This document shows, piece by piece, positions 1 through 12,081 of a stretch of 64,000 nt of DNA (its first letter is position 1; every line of letters starts with the position of its first letter). Source of the stretch: Eledone cirrhosa (taxonomy: Eukaryota); the NCBI GenBank assembly GCA_964016885.1, contig OZ024743.1, forward strand, positions 51,770,001 through 51,834,000, written 5' to 3'. Both the position numbers and the translations under genes were made by a program. The notes below the pieces were generated by a model. That model had not been told where the DNA came from. It ran no database searches and saw nothing but the letters and a program-made list of their open reading frames with translations.

Positions 1-3000
1 AAGTGTGTCAGTGTTAGAGAGAGGGAGTCAGTGTTAGAGAGAGAGAGAGAGACTGTGTGTCAGTGTTAGAGAGAGAGAGAGAGACTGTGTGTCAGTGTTA
101 GAGAGAGAGAGACTGTGTGTCAGTGTTAGAGAGAGAGAGACTGTGTGTCAGTGTTAGAGAGAGAGAGAGACTGTGTGTCAGTGTTAGAGAGAGAGAGACC
201 GTGTGTCAGTATTAGAGAGAGAGACTGTGTGTCAGTGTTAGAGAGAGAGACTGTGTCAGTGTTAGAGAGAGAGAGTCAGTGTTAGAGAGAGAGAGACTGT
301 GTCAGTGTTAGAGAGAGAGAGAGTCAGTGTTAGAGAGAGAGAGACCGTGTGTCAGTGTTAGAGAGAGAGAATCAGTGTTAGAGAGAGAGAGAATCAGTGT
401 TAGAGAGAGAGAGACTGTGTGTCAGTGTTAGTGAGAGAGAGAGACTGTGTGTAAGTGTTAGAGAGAGAGACTGTGTGTCAGTGTTAGAGAGAGAGACTGT
501 GTCAGAGTTAGAGAGAGAGACTGTGTGTCAGTGTTAGAGAGAGAGACTGTGTGTCAGTGTTAGAGAGAGAGACTGTGTGTCAGTGTTAGAGAGAGAGAGA
601 CTGTGTCAGTGTTAGAGAGAGAGACTGTGTCAGTGTTAGAGAGACTGTGTGTCAGTGTTAGAGAGAGAGACTGTGTGTCAGTGTTAGAGAGAGAGAGACT
701 GTGTCAGTGTTAGAGAGAGAGACTGTGTCAGTGTTAGAGAGAGAGACTGTGTGTCAGTGTTAGAGAGAGAGAGACTGTGTGTCAGTGTTAGAGAGAGAGA
801 CTGTGTGTCAGTGTTAGAGATAGAGAGAGACTGTGTGTCAGTGTTAGAGAGAGAGAGACTGTGTGTCAGTGTTAGAGAGAGAGACTGTCAGTGTTAGAGA
901 GAGAGACTGTGTCAGTGTTAGAGAGAGAGACTGTGTCAGTGTTAGAGAGAGAGACTGTGTCAGTATTAAATAGAGAGACTGTGTGTCAGTGTTAGAGAGA
1001 GAGAGAGACTGTGTGTCAGTGTTAGAGAGAGAGACTGTGTCAGTGTTAGAGAGAGAGACTGTGTCAGTGTTAGAGAGAGAGACTGTGTCAGTATTAGATA
1101 GAGAGACTGTGTGTCAGTGTTAGAGAGAGAGAGTCAGTGTTAGAGAGAGAGAGACTGTGTCAGTGTTAGAGAGAGAGACTGTGTGTCAGTGTTAGAGAGA
1201 GAGAGACTATGTCAGTGTTAGAGAGAGAGAGACTGTGTGTCAGTGTTAGAGAGAGAGACTGTGTGTCAGTGTTAGAGAGAGAGAGACCGTGTTAGAGAGA
1301 GAGAGTCAGTGTTAGAGAGAGAGAGTCAGTGTTAGAGAGAGAGAGAGATTGTGTGTCAGTGTTAGAGAGAGAGAGACCGTGTGTCAGTGTTAGAGAAAGA
1401 GACTGTGTGTCAGTGTTAGAGAGAGAGAGACTGTGTCAGTGTTAGAGAGAGAGAGACTGTGTGTCAGTGTTAGAGAGAGAGACTGTGTCAGTGTTAGAGA
1501 GAGAGAGAGACTGTGTGTCAGTGTTAGAGGGAGAGAGTCAGTGTTAGAGAGAGAGACTGTGTGTCAGTGTTAGAGAGAGAGAGACTGTGTGTCAGTGTTA
1601 GAGAGAGAGACTGTGTGTCAGTGTTAGAGAGAGAGAGTCAGTGTTAGAGAGAGAGACCGTGTGTCAGTGTTAGAGAGAGAGAGTCAGTGTTAGAGAGAGG
1701 GAGAGACTGTGTGTCAGTGTTAGAGAGAGAGACTCTGTGTCAGTGTTAGAGAGAGAGAGACTGTGTGTAAGTGTTAGAGAGAGAGAGTCTGTGTGTCAGT
1801 GTTAGAGAGAGAGAGAGAGAGAGACTGTGTGTCAGTGTTAGAGAGAGAGAGACTGTGTGTCAGTGTTAGAGAGAGAGACTGTGTGTCAGTGTTAGAGAGA
1901 GAGAGACTGTGTGTCAGTGTTAGAGAGAGAGAGACTGTGTGTCAGTGTTAGAGAGAGAGAGACCGTGTGTCAGTATTAGAGAGAGAGACTGTGTGTCAGT
2001 GTTAGAGAGAGAGACTGTGTCAGTGTTAGAGAGAGAGAGACTGTGTGTCAGTGTTAGAGAGAGAGAGACTGTGTGTCAGTGTTAGAGAGAGAGAGAGAGT
2101 CAGTGTTAGAGAGAGAGAGAGACCATGTGTCAGTGTTAGAGAGAGAGACTGTCAGTGTTAGAGAGGGAGAGTCAGTAATAGAGAGAGAGAGACTGTGTGT
2201 CAGTGTTAGAGAGAGAGAGACTGTGTCAGTGTTAGAGAGAGAGAGAGAGAAGTGTGTCAGTGTTAGAGAGAGGGAGTCAGTGTTAGAGAGAGAGAGAGAG
2301 ACTGTGTGTCAGTGTTAGAGAGAGAGAGAGAGACTGTGTGTCAGTGTTAGAGAGAGAGAGACTGTGTGTCAGTGTTAGAGAGAGAGAGACTGTGTGTCAG
2401 TGTTAGAGAGAGAGAGAGACTGTGTGTCAGTGTTAGAGAGAGAGAGACCGTGTGTCAGTATTAGAGAGAGAGACTGTGTGTCAGTGTTAGAGAGAGAGAC
2501 TGTGTCAGTGTTAGAGAGAGAGAGTCAGTGTTAGAGAGAGAGAGACTGTGTCAGTGTTAGAGAGAGAGAGAGTCAGTGTTAGAGAGAGAGAGACCGTGTG
2601 TCAGTGTTAGAGAGAGAGAATCAGTGTTAGAGAGAGAGAGAATCAGTGTTAGAGAGAGAGAGACTGTGTGTCAGTGTTAGTGAGAGAGAGAGACTGTGTG
2701 TAAGTGTTAGAGAGAGAGACTGTGTGTCAGTGTTAGAGAGAGAGACTGTGTCAGAGTTAGAGAGAGAGACTGTGTGTCAGTGTTAGAGAGAGAGACTGTG
2801 TGTCAGTGTTAGAGAGAGAGACTGTGTGTCAGTGTTAGAGAGAGAGAGACTGTGTCAGTGTTAGAGAGAGAGACTGTGTCAGTGTTAGAGAGACTGTGTG
2901 TCAGTGTTAGAGAGAGAGACTGTGTGTCAGTGTTAGAGAGAGAGAGACTGTGTCAGTGTTAGAGAGAGAGAGAGAAAAACTGTGTCAGTGTTAGAGAGAG

Positions 3001-3615
3001 AGAGACTGTGTCAGTGTTAGAGAGAGAGACTGTGTCAGTGTTAGAGAGAGAGACTGTGTGTCAGTGTTAGAGAGAGAGAGACTGTGTGTCAGTGTTAGAG
3101 AGAGAGACTGTGTGTCAGTGTTAGAGAGAGAGAGAGACTGTGTGTCAGTGTTAGAGAGAGAGAGACTGTGTGTCAGTGTTAGAGAGAGAGACTGTCAGTG
3201 TTAGAGAGAGAGACTGTGTCAGTGTTAGAGAGAGAGACTGTGTCAGTGTTAGAGAGAGAGACTGTGTCAGTATTAGATAGAGAGACTGTGTGTCAGTGTT
3301 AGAGAGAGAGAGAGACTGTGTGTCAGTGTTAGAGAGAGAGACTGTGTCAGTGTTAGAGAGAGAGACTGTGTCAGTGTTAGAGAGAGAGACTGTGTCAGTA
3401 TTAGATAGAGAGACTGTGTGTCAGTGTTAGAGAGAGAGAGAGACTGTGTGTCAGTGTTAGAGAGAGAGAGACTGTGTGTCAGTGTTAGAGAGAGAGAGAG
3501 ACTGTGTGTAAGTGTTAGAGAGAGAGAGAGAGAGACTGTGTGTCAGTATTAGAGAGAGAGACTGTGTTAGAGAGAGAGAGACTGTGTGTCAGTGTTAGAG
3601 AGAGAGACTGTGTGC
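1..3615. repeat. Compound satellite: (GTGT)CAGTGTTA(GA)nCT units of ~20-32 bp
   Basis: Continuous array of CAGTGTTAGAGAGAGAGACTGTGT variants that runs off the left edge of the window. It lies in intron 3 of the K2P gene. Confidence 0.97.
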
Positions 3616-3783
3616 CTTTTCATTATTAATTTGGTGTTTTGAACATGACTAAAGAAAGGCTCTTACATAGAATTATGATGAAAGGTTTTAATATTGATAT
3701 AACACTTACAATCAGTAATTTGTGTCATAGAAGCAGGAGTGTCTGCAGGTAGAAATGAAAGCGTTAATATGAAGGTAATTTAC

Positions 3784-4182
3784 CTGTAATAGCCACTTTG
3801 TAGACAGCTCTATAGGTCTGACCCGGATTGTCCCCAGGAATGTAATCTCCAAGACCAATAGTTGTGAGAGATATAAAACAATAATAGAATCCATCCAGAT
3901 AGTTCCACTCTGGTTCAAGGATGGAGAAGATAGCCGATGGGATGAGGAAGAAGAAAGTGATGATGGCCACACCAACAATCATCATGTGTAGGAGGCGGAT
4001 ATGAAAGACACGGTAGATGTGACCTAACTTCTGTAACATCCAGTGTAGTAAGGAGGTGACAGGAATCATCAGGCGTTCTACTAAGGCTGTAAACATAATC
4101 AGGGTCAACGGAATACCAATCAGGGCATAGATTATACAGAAACCTTTCCCAACATCTGACAGAGGAGTCACTCGACCATAAC
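3784..4182 (-). CDS. KCNK1-like: K2P (TWIK-like) potassium channel coding exon 3: end of P1, M2, M3, P2, start of M4
   Basis: Acceptor tttttcag|GT TAT GGT at 4183/4182 and donor ACA G|gtaaat at 3784/3783. Translation (G)YGRVTPLSDVGKGFCIIYALIGIPLTL...WNYLDGFYYCFISLTTIGLGDYIPGD...YKVAIT. GLG in P2 is typical of the TWIK subfamily. Confidence 0.95.
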
Positions 4183-4217
4183 CTGAAAAAATACAAGAAC
4201 AACAACAAAAATAATAA

Positions 4218-4400
4218 TTGTTTCTACTTTTGGCACAAGGCCAGCAATTATCGCAGTACATTACTGGTACCTTATTTTATCTACCCTGTAAGGATGAACG
4301 GCAAAGTTAACCTCGACAGGATTTTAACTCAGACGGTAAAGGACCGTAACTCTATGCTGCAAACATGGCGTCTGACCCTCTACTGATACTGCCAATCCAC
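4218..4400 (-). mobile_element. tRNA-derived SINE family A (Meta-like central domain)
   Basis: Copy of the motif ...AACTTTGCCTTTCATCCTT...GATAAAATAAAGTACCAGT shared with 8905, 9915, 39835 and 63485. Confidence 0.7.
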
Positions 4401-4619
4401 CATATTATAATTTATGCGCAAAACCAACAATTTGAGGGCAAGAGAGAGTCTATCACACTGACTCCAGTACTTTACTGGTACTTCATTTTATCGACTTAGG
4501 AACGATGAAATTCACCCAGCACACTGTGTAATGTAGTAGAGCTGATACTGTGATAAATGCATCAGTGGTGATGATGATGAGTCTTACACTACATTATATG
4601 GTACAATCCCCCTAATACA

Positions 4620-4887
4620 ATATAGAGTACAGTCACACAATATATGGTACAGTCACACAATATAGAGTACAGTCTCACAATATAGAGTACAGTCACACAA
4701 TATATAGTACAGTCACACAATATATGGTACAGTCACACAATATAGATTACAGTCACACAATATATGGTACAGTCTCACAATATAGAGTACAGTCTCACGA
4801 TATAGAGTACAGTCACACAAAATATGGTACAGTCTCACAATATATAGTACAGTCTCACAATGTAGAGTACAGTCACACAATATATGG
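4620..4887. repeat. 20-bp minisatellite (TATAGAGTACAGTCACACAA), ~13 units
   Basis: Directly visible 20-bp periodicity. Confidence 0.95.
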
Positions 4888-5042
4888 TAAGTGTTATGTG
4901 AGATATTATGTGAGTTAAAGCCTTTACTGTGAAAATACAATAGTAAATATAGAGTAATGTAAATGTTATGTGAGATATGTGAGGTAAAGCCTTTACTGTG
5001 AAAATACAATAGTATATATAGAGTAATGTAAATGCTAAAGGG
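4888..5042 (-). mobile_element. piggyBac-type MITE family 1, one end only
   Basis: Ends ...TAAATGCTAAAGGG followed by TTAA (5043-5046). Internal unit shared with the copies at 13282 and 46458. Confidence 0.75.
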
Positions 5043-5269
5043 TTAATACATGTAGTATAGGCCCACACAAAAATCAGCTTTACTCAATATTCCTCTAATC
5101 AATTTTAATGCCTGATGCCAGACAAGGTGACGAGAACTTTTAAAGAAAATAGACATCACGTATTTAACAACAGATAGTGAAACTGTTTATTGTCATCTCA
5201 CATCTGTTGCACTGTCTGTTTATATTTTGTGTAGGTGTTGTCAAATAGTTATGTCATCATAGCCTTTCT

Positions 5270-5392
5270 CTAGTTATGTTCCAAAAGGTTTCACAATGAG
5301 CATGTCAGTTATAATACTAATTCTTAATTATTTTCAAAATTATTTGAAAACCTTAAGCAGTGTCTTTCATTAGAAATGTAGTAACGAAAGGG
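5270..5392. mobile_element. Old piggyBac-type MITE family 2 end (..GAAATGTAGTAACGAAAGGG|TTAA)
   Basis: Homologous to 31802-31905, 48430-48600 and the inverted end at 32755-32800. Confidence 0.5.
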
Positions 5393-5445
5393 TTAAATGA
5401 AACGAAGGTAAGTTAAGTTTAAATAAAGCAAAGAAGTCCTCTTAC

Positions 5446-5589
5446 CTATGGTGGTCAGTACAGTTGTGGCAAAGAACAGTGACTGACCAAAACTCCAGTT
5501 GGGTTCATAACTAGTAATATTCTTGGCAATAAAGACACCTCTGTTGGCAGCAGTTACTATGATGTCTATGAAGTTCTCCAACTCATCTT
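5446..5589 (-). CDS. KCNK1-like: K2P channel coding exon 2: cap helix 2 and pore helix 1
   Basis: Acceptor gtcttttccag|AA GAT GAG and donor ATA G|gtaaga; 144 nt, phase 1/1. Translation (E)DELENFIDIIVTAANRGVFIAKNITSYEPNWSFGQSLFFATTVLTTI(G), which joins exon 3 to give TIGYG. Confidence 0.95.
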
Positions 5590-5689
5590 CTGGAAAAGAC
5601 AGAAACAAACCAAGAATTGAAGATATTGCAAATGATAATTACACAATTAGCAAATAGAACTCAATAGATGAAATAATATTTATTATTAT

Positions 5690-6200
5690 GAAATACCAAC
5701 AGAAAAACGATGGTACAGACACATACCAGAACAGATGTCAAAGAATGACAAAGCAACCATTCTCTGGGATATGCCAATACATGCAGACAGAGAGATCAAA
5801 GCCGAGCATCCAGATATTATAGTCAAAGACCACAAAGAAAAGAAATGTCTTCTGGTTGATGTATCAATCCCCACAGATGACAATATATCTTCCAAGGAAA
5901 TAGAGAAACTCTCCAAATAATAAAGATCTAGAGATAGAAATAACTCAAATGTGGAATAAGGAAAACAGAAACAATACCTATAATAATAGGTGTTCTGGGA
6001 ATGATAAAAGAACACACAGACATACATAACCCAAACCCCACGACTTACAAGCATATACAGCATACAAACATTGCACTACTAGGTAGTGCATACATATTAT
6101 GATGAATATTATACAGTAGAAACAACAGCATCAAAAACCTCGCTGCACAGAGCTGCGCTTGGTAATTCCCTGACAATGTTCAACAAAAATATGACAAATA
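5690..6200 (+). mobile_element. R4/Dong-clade non-LTR retrotransposon 3' fragment (restriction-like endonuclease), decayed
   Basis: WYRHIPE..TILWDMPIHADREIKAEHPDIIVKD..CLLVDVSIP..KEIEK, a PD-(D/E)xK motif region, followed by stops and frameshifts. Confidence 0.75.
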
Positions 6201-6254
6201 ATAATTATATCTGATTTAGGCACAAAGCCAGCAATTTTGGGACAGGGAAAAAAT

Positions 6255-8785
6255 GAAAATTGAAACAATGAAAAATTCCCCAATAGGGGGGAAACCTCCG
6301 AGGGTTACTCGTAGCGAAAACCACACAAAAGACCACGGTCACCCTGAACACCAGGGCAAGCGCCCGCTCTCAATTTTTCCATTTCTCAAACTACAGACAT
6401 ATTCAGAGTGGTCCCGTTCACTCGGACCATTCTCGCTACATTCTCCCACCTTTCAACAAACTTGCTAGAAGGCAGCACTTGCCTCTCCACCCTGATTTTC
6501 CTCTTCAAGTGAAACTTGAAAAAGTTAATCAGGGATTCGCCGAAGAGGAAAGTGTCTGTCTTTAACCCTTTCAACCTTGTCCACCACACAATCTCTTTCG
6601 CCATGGCCACCAGGCAGATGAAAACCGCCTGCCCTTCCTCCTTGAAGGAAGACAGCGAGACCATCTGCACAATGGACTCAGTCGATAACCAAATCAGTCC
6701 TACATGCGACAGCAACTGTTCGACATAGCTCCACAAGTCAGCAATGCTCGGGCACTGAACGAGTGCGTGCACAACGGTTTTGTCGCTCTGTGCACATCTC
6801 GGACAGGCTCGGCTGACGGCACTTCCTTGCCTGTAGAGCTTATCTCGAACCGGCAGCGCTCCCCGGTAGCACTGCCAGGCCAGGGATTTTTGGAAGTTAT
6901 CCATAGGCCCTGAGCTGAAAGTTCTCCGGAAGAGAGCAAACAGCTGATCTTCTTCGACACCCAGGATCTCTCCGAGAACGTCGTCGCTCTTCCCCTCCAC
7001 TAATCCTCTATAGAACGCCGAGGTGGATGTTCCACAAATACTGGTGCCCAGCTGGCAGAGAGCAGTGAGCGCCTGGAGACATTCAAGTTTCCAAACGCTA
7101 TCCCTTGGTCTTTTCCTGACCCAGCACTGCAGCTCCATCAAGGAGACGAGCTGTGGGAAAACATGCCTGGCGAACGGCAACCACACCTGTTCACCATCAA
7201 GGAAGCACCAGAGATGTCGCAGCCTCAGCGCATGTTTGCGCATCATCAGCTATGGCATGCCCAGTCCTCCACGCAACGGATGTTGACAGCAGATGGATTT
7301 CTGACTATGGGAGCGCGTCCCTTCCACAAAAAGCGGAAGAGGAGGCGCTCCATTTTGGTGAGAGTTGGGCTGGAGCAATGGACGATGGTGAGGCGGTAGC
7401 AGATGACGGATGCGATGTACGCATTCGCCACCTCCGCCCGGCCTTTCAGGGATAGATTCCTCTCGGCCTATTTCTGGGTGAGGGAGACCACCTTGCTCGT
7501 CACCTCGTTCCAGTTTTTCTCCATCTGGAGGTCCGGTCCGAACCAGACCCCGGGCAATTTAACCAGTCCATCCGTCCAACACCTCACGACGTTGTCGGAT
7601 GGCATGGACTTGCCTCTCCAGGTGCTGAGCTGCAAGCCCACCGACTTTTCCTGGTTTATCTTTGCTCCTGTCACCACTTCGTATTCCTTGAGAGTGGTGC
7701 CGAGCATCTGGACGTGTCTGGTGCTTGACACCACGACGGTGACGTCGTCGACGTCGGTCGACTCGGATTTCCCGCATCCTAGTTCGCGTGGAACGCCCCT
7801 CATCGCCCCCAGTTTGTGCAGTAACGGCTCGAGAGCCAATACGTACAAGAGGGACGAGAGGGGACAACCCTGGCGGACTGAGCGCATGATGCTGAATGGC
7901 TGCGACAGGTGACCATTCATCCTCACAACTGAGCAGATGTCGCTGTACATCGCTGCGATCCAACCCCTGAAAACGGGCCCGAAACCGGCAGCCTCGAGGA
8001 CCGCCGCCAGGTACTGATGGTCGACCCTATTGAATGCTTTGGATTGATCCAAGTTGATCAGGGCCCCACCCGTGCCAGGTCCCTTAACCACCCTCTCTAC
8101 GATGTATCGCATGAGGTGGAGGTTGTCGTGTATGGATCTGTCCGGAATAGCGCATGTCCCACCAGATCCTTGACGACAAGCGTTAACACCTTGGCCAAAA
8201 TCTTGAACTCTGCGTTTAGCAGAGTTATGAGTTATGGGCCTGAAATTATCGATAACATCCTCCTTGTTCGGGTCTTTTCTCAGCAGCACCACTGCTCCCC
8301 GGCTCACAAAACTGGGAATGCTCCCGTTCTGCTGCCAATTGCAGTAGACGTCTGCCAAGAGGTCACCGAACAAGTCTGGCATAAATGCATAAAGCTCGTA
8401 GGCAGACCATCCAAACCTGGCGATTTACCCCTTGTGCAGTTAGCCATCGCTTCCTGTATTTCACCGGCTGTTATTGGCTTTTCGCAACACTGTGCTGCGG
8501 CCGTCGAGAGCCGAGGCAGTCCGTCAAGGTATGCACTGAAGTCCATGCCCCGATCCGGGCCGCCGCTACTCCCGAACAGTTCAGCAAAGTGCTGCTGAAA
8601 AGCTTCACACATCTGCTCATGTTCGAGCAACACGCGCCAGTTTTGGTCAGACAAAGACCGAATTGTGGCTTTGTTGCCACGTCGCGCCTCTGCCACCCGG
8701 GCCCATTGGACGGCTTTTGTCCCCTCGTGTTTCAGAGCACACGCTCTAGCTCTGACAACGCAGCCTTCGTGTTTTGCGTTGAAGA
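6255..8785 (-). mobile_element. L1/Tx1-clade LINE ORF2 fragment, 5'-truncated and frameshifted
   Basis: KSPGLDGLP, LINLDQSKAFNRVDH, VRQGCPLS and C-terminal CPRC..H..C zinc knuckle, split over ORFs 8304-8696, 7468-8382, 7246-7431 and 6386-7246. GC-rich relative to flanks. Confidence 0.9.
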
Positions 8786-8904
8786 ATAATAATAATAACT
8801 AGCTGTCCCCAAGGAAATTCCACAGTAATTAGAAATAGCCACCAAATATTAAAGATGAATATGATATTTTAAATGATTCATTTATAAGTTATCATCATTA
8901 TAAT

Positions 8905-9092
8905 ATGGTTTTAGGGCAGTATCAGTAGAGGGTCTGATGCCATGCTTTGCAGCATAGAGTTACGTCCCTTTGTGTTCAGAGTTTAAATCCAGCTGAGGTT
9001 AACTTTGCCTTTCATCCTTCAGAGTCGATAGAATAAAGTACCAGTAATACACTGGTGTGATTGCTGGCCTAGTGCCAAAAGTAGAAACAGTT
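8905..9092 (+). mobile_element. tRNA-derived SINE family A
   Basis: B-box-like GAGTTTAAATCC followed by the family core. Confidence 0.7.
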
Positions 9093-9340
9093 ATAATATG
9101 GTATTACACATAATATACAGCAGCTTTAAAGTAATAGATAATATCTATCTTTTGTGCCAGGTCACCCAGAACAATGGGCTTTGTGCATTAATACATGCAG
9201 TCGGCACTACACATCAATGTATGCTGCAGTCTTTCACTTAATGAAATCATTTGATCTTGACTGTTGTCATGAAGTTCTTCCACTCAGCATCTAGTATGAA
9301 TTAATAGAGATAACTTGAATGTGGATGAAAACAGAAGCAA

Positions 9341-9905
9341 TCATCATCATCATCATCATCATCACTGTTTTACGTCCGTTCTTCCACGCTAGCATGGGTT
9401 AGACGGGTTGTCCTGTTGTGGGCAGTGTCCAGTCGGCTGACATGTCTTGCTCATACGGGAACTGATTCTGGCTTGATTTCTACAGCTGGATGCCCTTCCC
9501 AACACCAACCTCATTTACAGTGAGTGCTGGGTACTTTTTTTCCGTGGCGCCTACACGTCCACTTTACAGTGTGGGCTGGGTGCTTTTTTGCCGTGGCACC
9601 TCCACGACCACTTTGCAGTGGGAGGGTGTGGGGGCATATATGCTTCAGCTTCGGCTTGTACCTGAGGGGGGTCGGGTCTTCTGTATTACTGCGTGACGCC
9701 AGAGGTCACGGTCGTGTGTCATTGCCTTTGAGAGGTGCAATTGGGTAAGGTCAGCTTTTATCACCTCATCCCAGGTCTTCTTGGGTCTCCCCACTCCGCG
9801 GCTTCCATCGACTTCTAGTGTTCTGCACCTTTTTATGCAGCTGTCATCCTTCATACATATCACATGTCCATACCAATGCAACCACCTCTCCTGCACACAG
9901 CAATA
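9341..9905 (-). mobile_element. RTE LINE 3' fragment with (TGA)n tail
   Basis: ERWLHWYGHV...GRPKKTWDEVIKADL plus a 3' UTR homologous to 21492-21887. Confidence 0.85.
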
Positions 9906-9914
9906 CATATAATA

Positions 9915-10385
9915 ATTGTTTCTACTTTTGGCACAAGGCCAGCAATTACCCAGTGCATTACTGGTACTTTATTTTATCGACCCCGTAAGGATGAAAGGCA
10001 AAGTAAACTTCAGCGGGATTTGAACTCAGAATGGAAAGGGCCGTAACTCTATGCGTCAAAGCATGGCATCGACCCTCTACCAATACTGCCAATAATGTAT
10101 GTATGTAAGGTCCCATAACTCCTGATAGAGTCGTAGGGGCATCATATTGACATAAGGCGTTTCTTGAGCAGAGCCCATCCCTCTCGAGGCCTGGGTACAA
10201 CAGATTGCTTCCAGAGAGAGGAAGAATCAACCCCAGTACTAGACTGGTACTTTTTTTTATCAACCTCGAAAGGATGAAAGGCAAAGTTGACTTCAGCAGG
10301 ATTTGAACTGAAAGAGCAGAGAGCTGGAATAAATACCATAAAACATTCTATCTGATGTTCTAACAACTCTGACAATTCGCCGCCT
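9915..10385 (-). mobile_element. Two tRNA-derived SINE family A-related copies
   Basis: GGATTTGAACT (B box, reverse strand) and family core at ~9960-10030 and ~10240-10310. Confidence 0.65.
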
Positions 10386-10490
10386 GCCTATAATAATAGG
10401 AAATGACAAAAACACAAACACACGATATATAACCCAAACCTTACAAATGTACAATACACAACTGTTGTATATAATAATTTCTAATTTTAA

Positions 10491-10701
10491 CCCTTTAATG
10501 TTCAAACCGGCCAAAATTCTCTCACCTCTTTCTGTTCAAACCAACGGTAACTGGCCACTCATACTGATGTTAAGGTATTGTTCTCAAAATAAATACTTTC
10601 AAAATCTCATAGATTCGATATTATGTGAAATGATTATGTGAGGTAAAGCCTTTACCATGAAAATATAATAGTATATATAGAGTAATGTGAATGGTAAAGG
10701 G
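10491..10701 (-). mobile_element. piggyBac-type MITE family 1, single internal unit
   Basis: TTAA|CCCTTT...AAAGGG|TTAA. Confidence 0.8.
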
Positions 10702-11897
10702 TTAACATAAAACTGATCCCCCCCATCTCTCTACTTTTCCTTTCTTTCTCTTTACTTATCCTTCTGGTATCTTTGTAAAGAGACTCCTTACTCTCCTTAA
10801 GTACATAGAAAGACAGATGGACAGACAGATAATTGGTTAGACAAACAGATGGATGAATAACAGATGGGTAGACAGAGAAATATATAGACAGGTGAAATAA
10901 AATAGAAAGTATGTATATAGGTGAATATATATTTTAACAGGCCACCTGTTCAGTGCTCAGCTTATAAATATTGTATTTAAAAATCAAAGAAATAAAAGCA
11001 TATGCGCTTGTTAGTATGTATATATGTATATATATGTATCCATATATGTATATGTGTGTGCGTATATATATATATATATATATGTGCGTGTGTATTAATA
11101 TATATATACTGTATACATGTGTGGGTGTGAGTATAGATGTATGTAAAGGCAAGGTTTTAGAAATGTAACCAACTGTGTGAAAAGATAGGATTATCTGCAA
11201 AAGGATTGAAAACCAGCATGATGTGTGTATGTATATATATATATATTTATGTCAGGTCACTCTTGAGTGCTACTGGTAACATGTAACCCTGTACAACCTG
11301 TCGCATGGTCAGGTCATCGGCTACTAAACCGGCAACCCCACCAAGTTTACTTGGTAAGGAGGGTGATTTTGGACACCCTGCAGGACAAAAACAAAACCTG
11401 ACAAAGGGCAGAAGAACTCATAAGAGTCAACGGCCATCCAAAAATCTGTAAATATGTATATACACATGTACATATGTGTGTATATGTATATGCATGGGTG
11501 CATGTGTATGTATATGCGCGGGGACATAGAAATAGTCAGGCTGGATACCCGATCGCGCAGTTAAACCAGTGGGAGTGAAGGACCCCTAGCCTTTGTCAGG
11601 GCATTCTTCTAGGAGAAGACAACTCAAGAAACTAGGATAATTCCGATATAAAACCTGCGGCTCAGTAGTTACCGATGATGTTGATCTTTTCTTCTTTTCG
11701 GGTCATAGCTACTGTCGCTCAGAGAGTGGGATTGGCTCAGTGCAGTCTTTCCTCACTTTAAAAATATCTTTATGCACAGGTATTTCACGATAGAATTAAT
11801 TAATAATTATTAATAATGGTATATCGTGCAATGGCCATACTCCATAACGAGGGGGCAGCCATCATATATATATAAGCAGTATATAAACCTTTATATA

Positions 11898-12081
11898 CAA
11901 GTGTCAGCTGAAAAGTTCATAGGTTGATTATGAAGGAGTGAAATCTTGCATGTATTAATTTCAACTCTTTTTATTAATAACTGCATTGTTTCTTTCCAAG
12001 GACTATGTTTAAAAATAAACCTTATTTTACTATCCCATGAGAATATCTTTGTCAGCTTATGAACGTTTCAGTCGACCCTCT
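11898..12081. mobile_element. Tc1/mariner-type MITE
   Basis: TA-flanked imperfect TIRs: CAAGTGTCAGCTGAAAAGTTCATAGGTTGA vs reverse complement GAGGGTCGACTGAAACGTTCATAAGCTGA. Confidence 0.55.

Noticed and set aside
1-3615. Telomeric repeat (TTAG core) or ORF 2073-2318
   Set aside because: There is no TTAGGG or TTAGG array, and the ORF is translated satellite.
3660-3745. Final K2P exon after the AG at ~3744
   Set aside because: It would need a ~40-nt intron, and the phase-1 translation (DTPASMTQITDCK...) is not the hydrophobic M4 helix.
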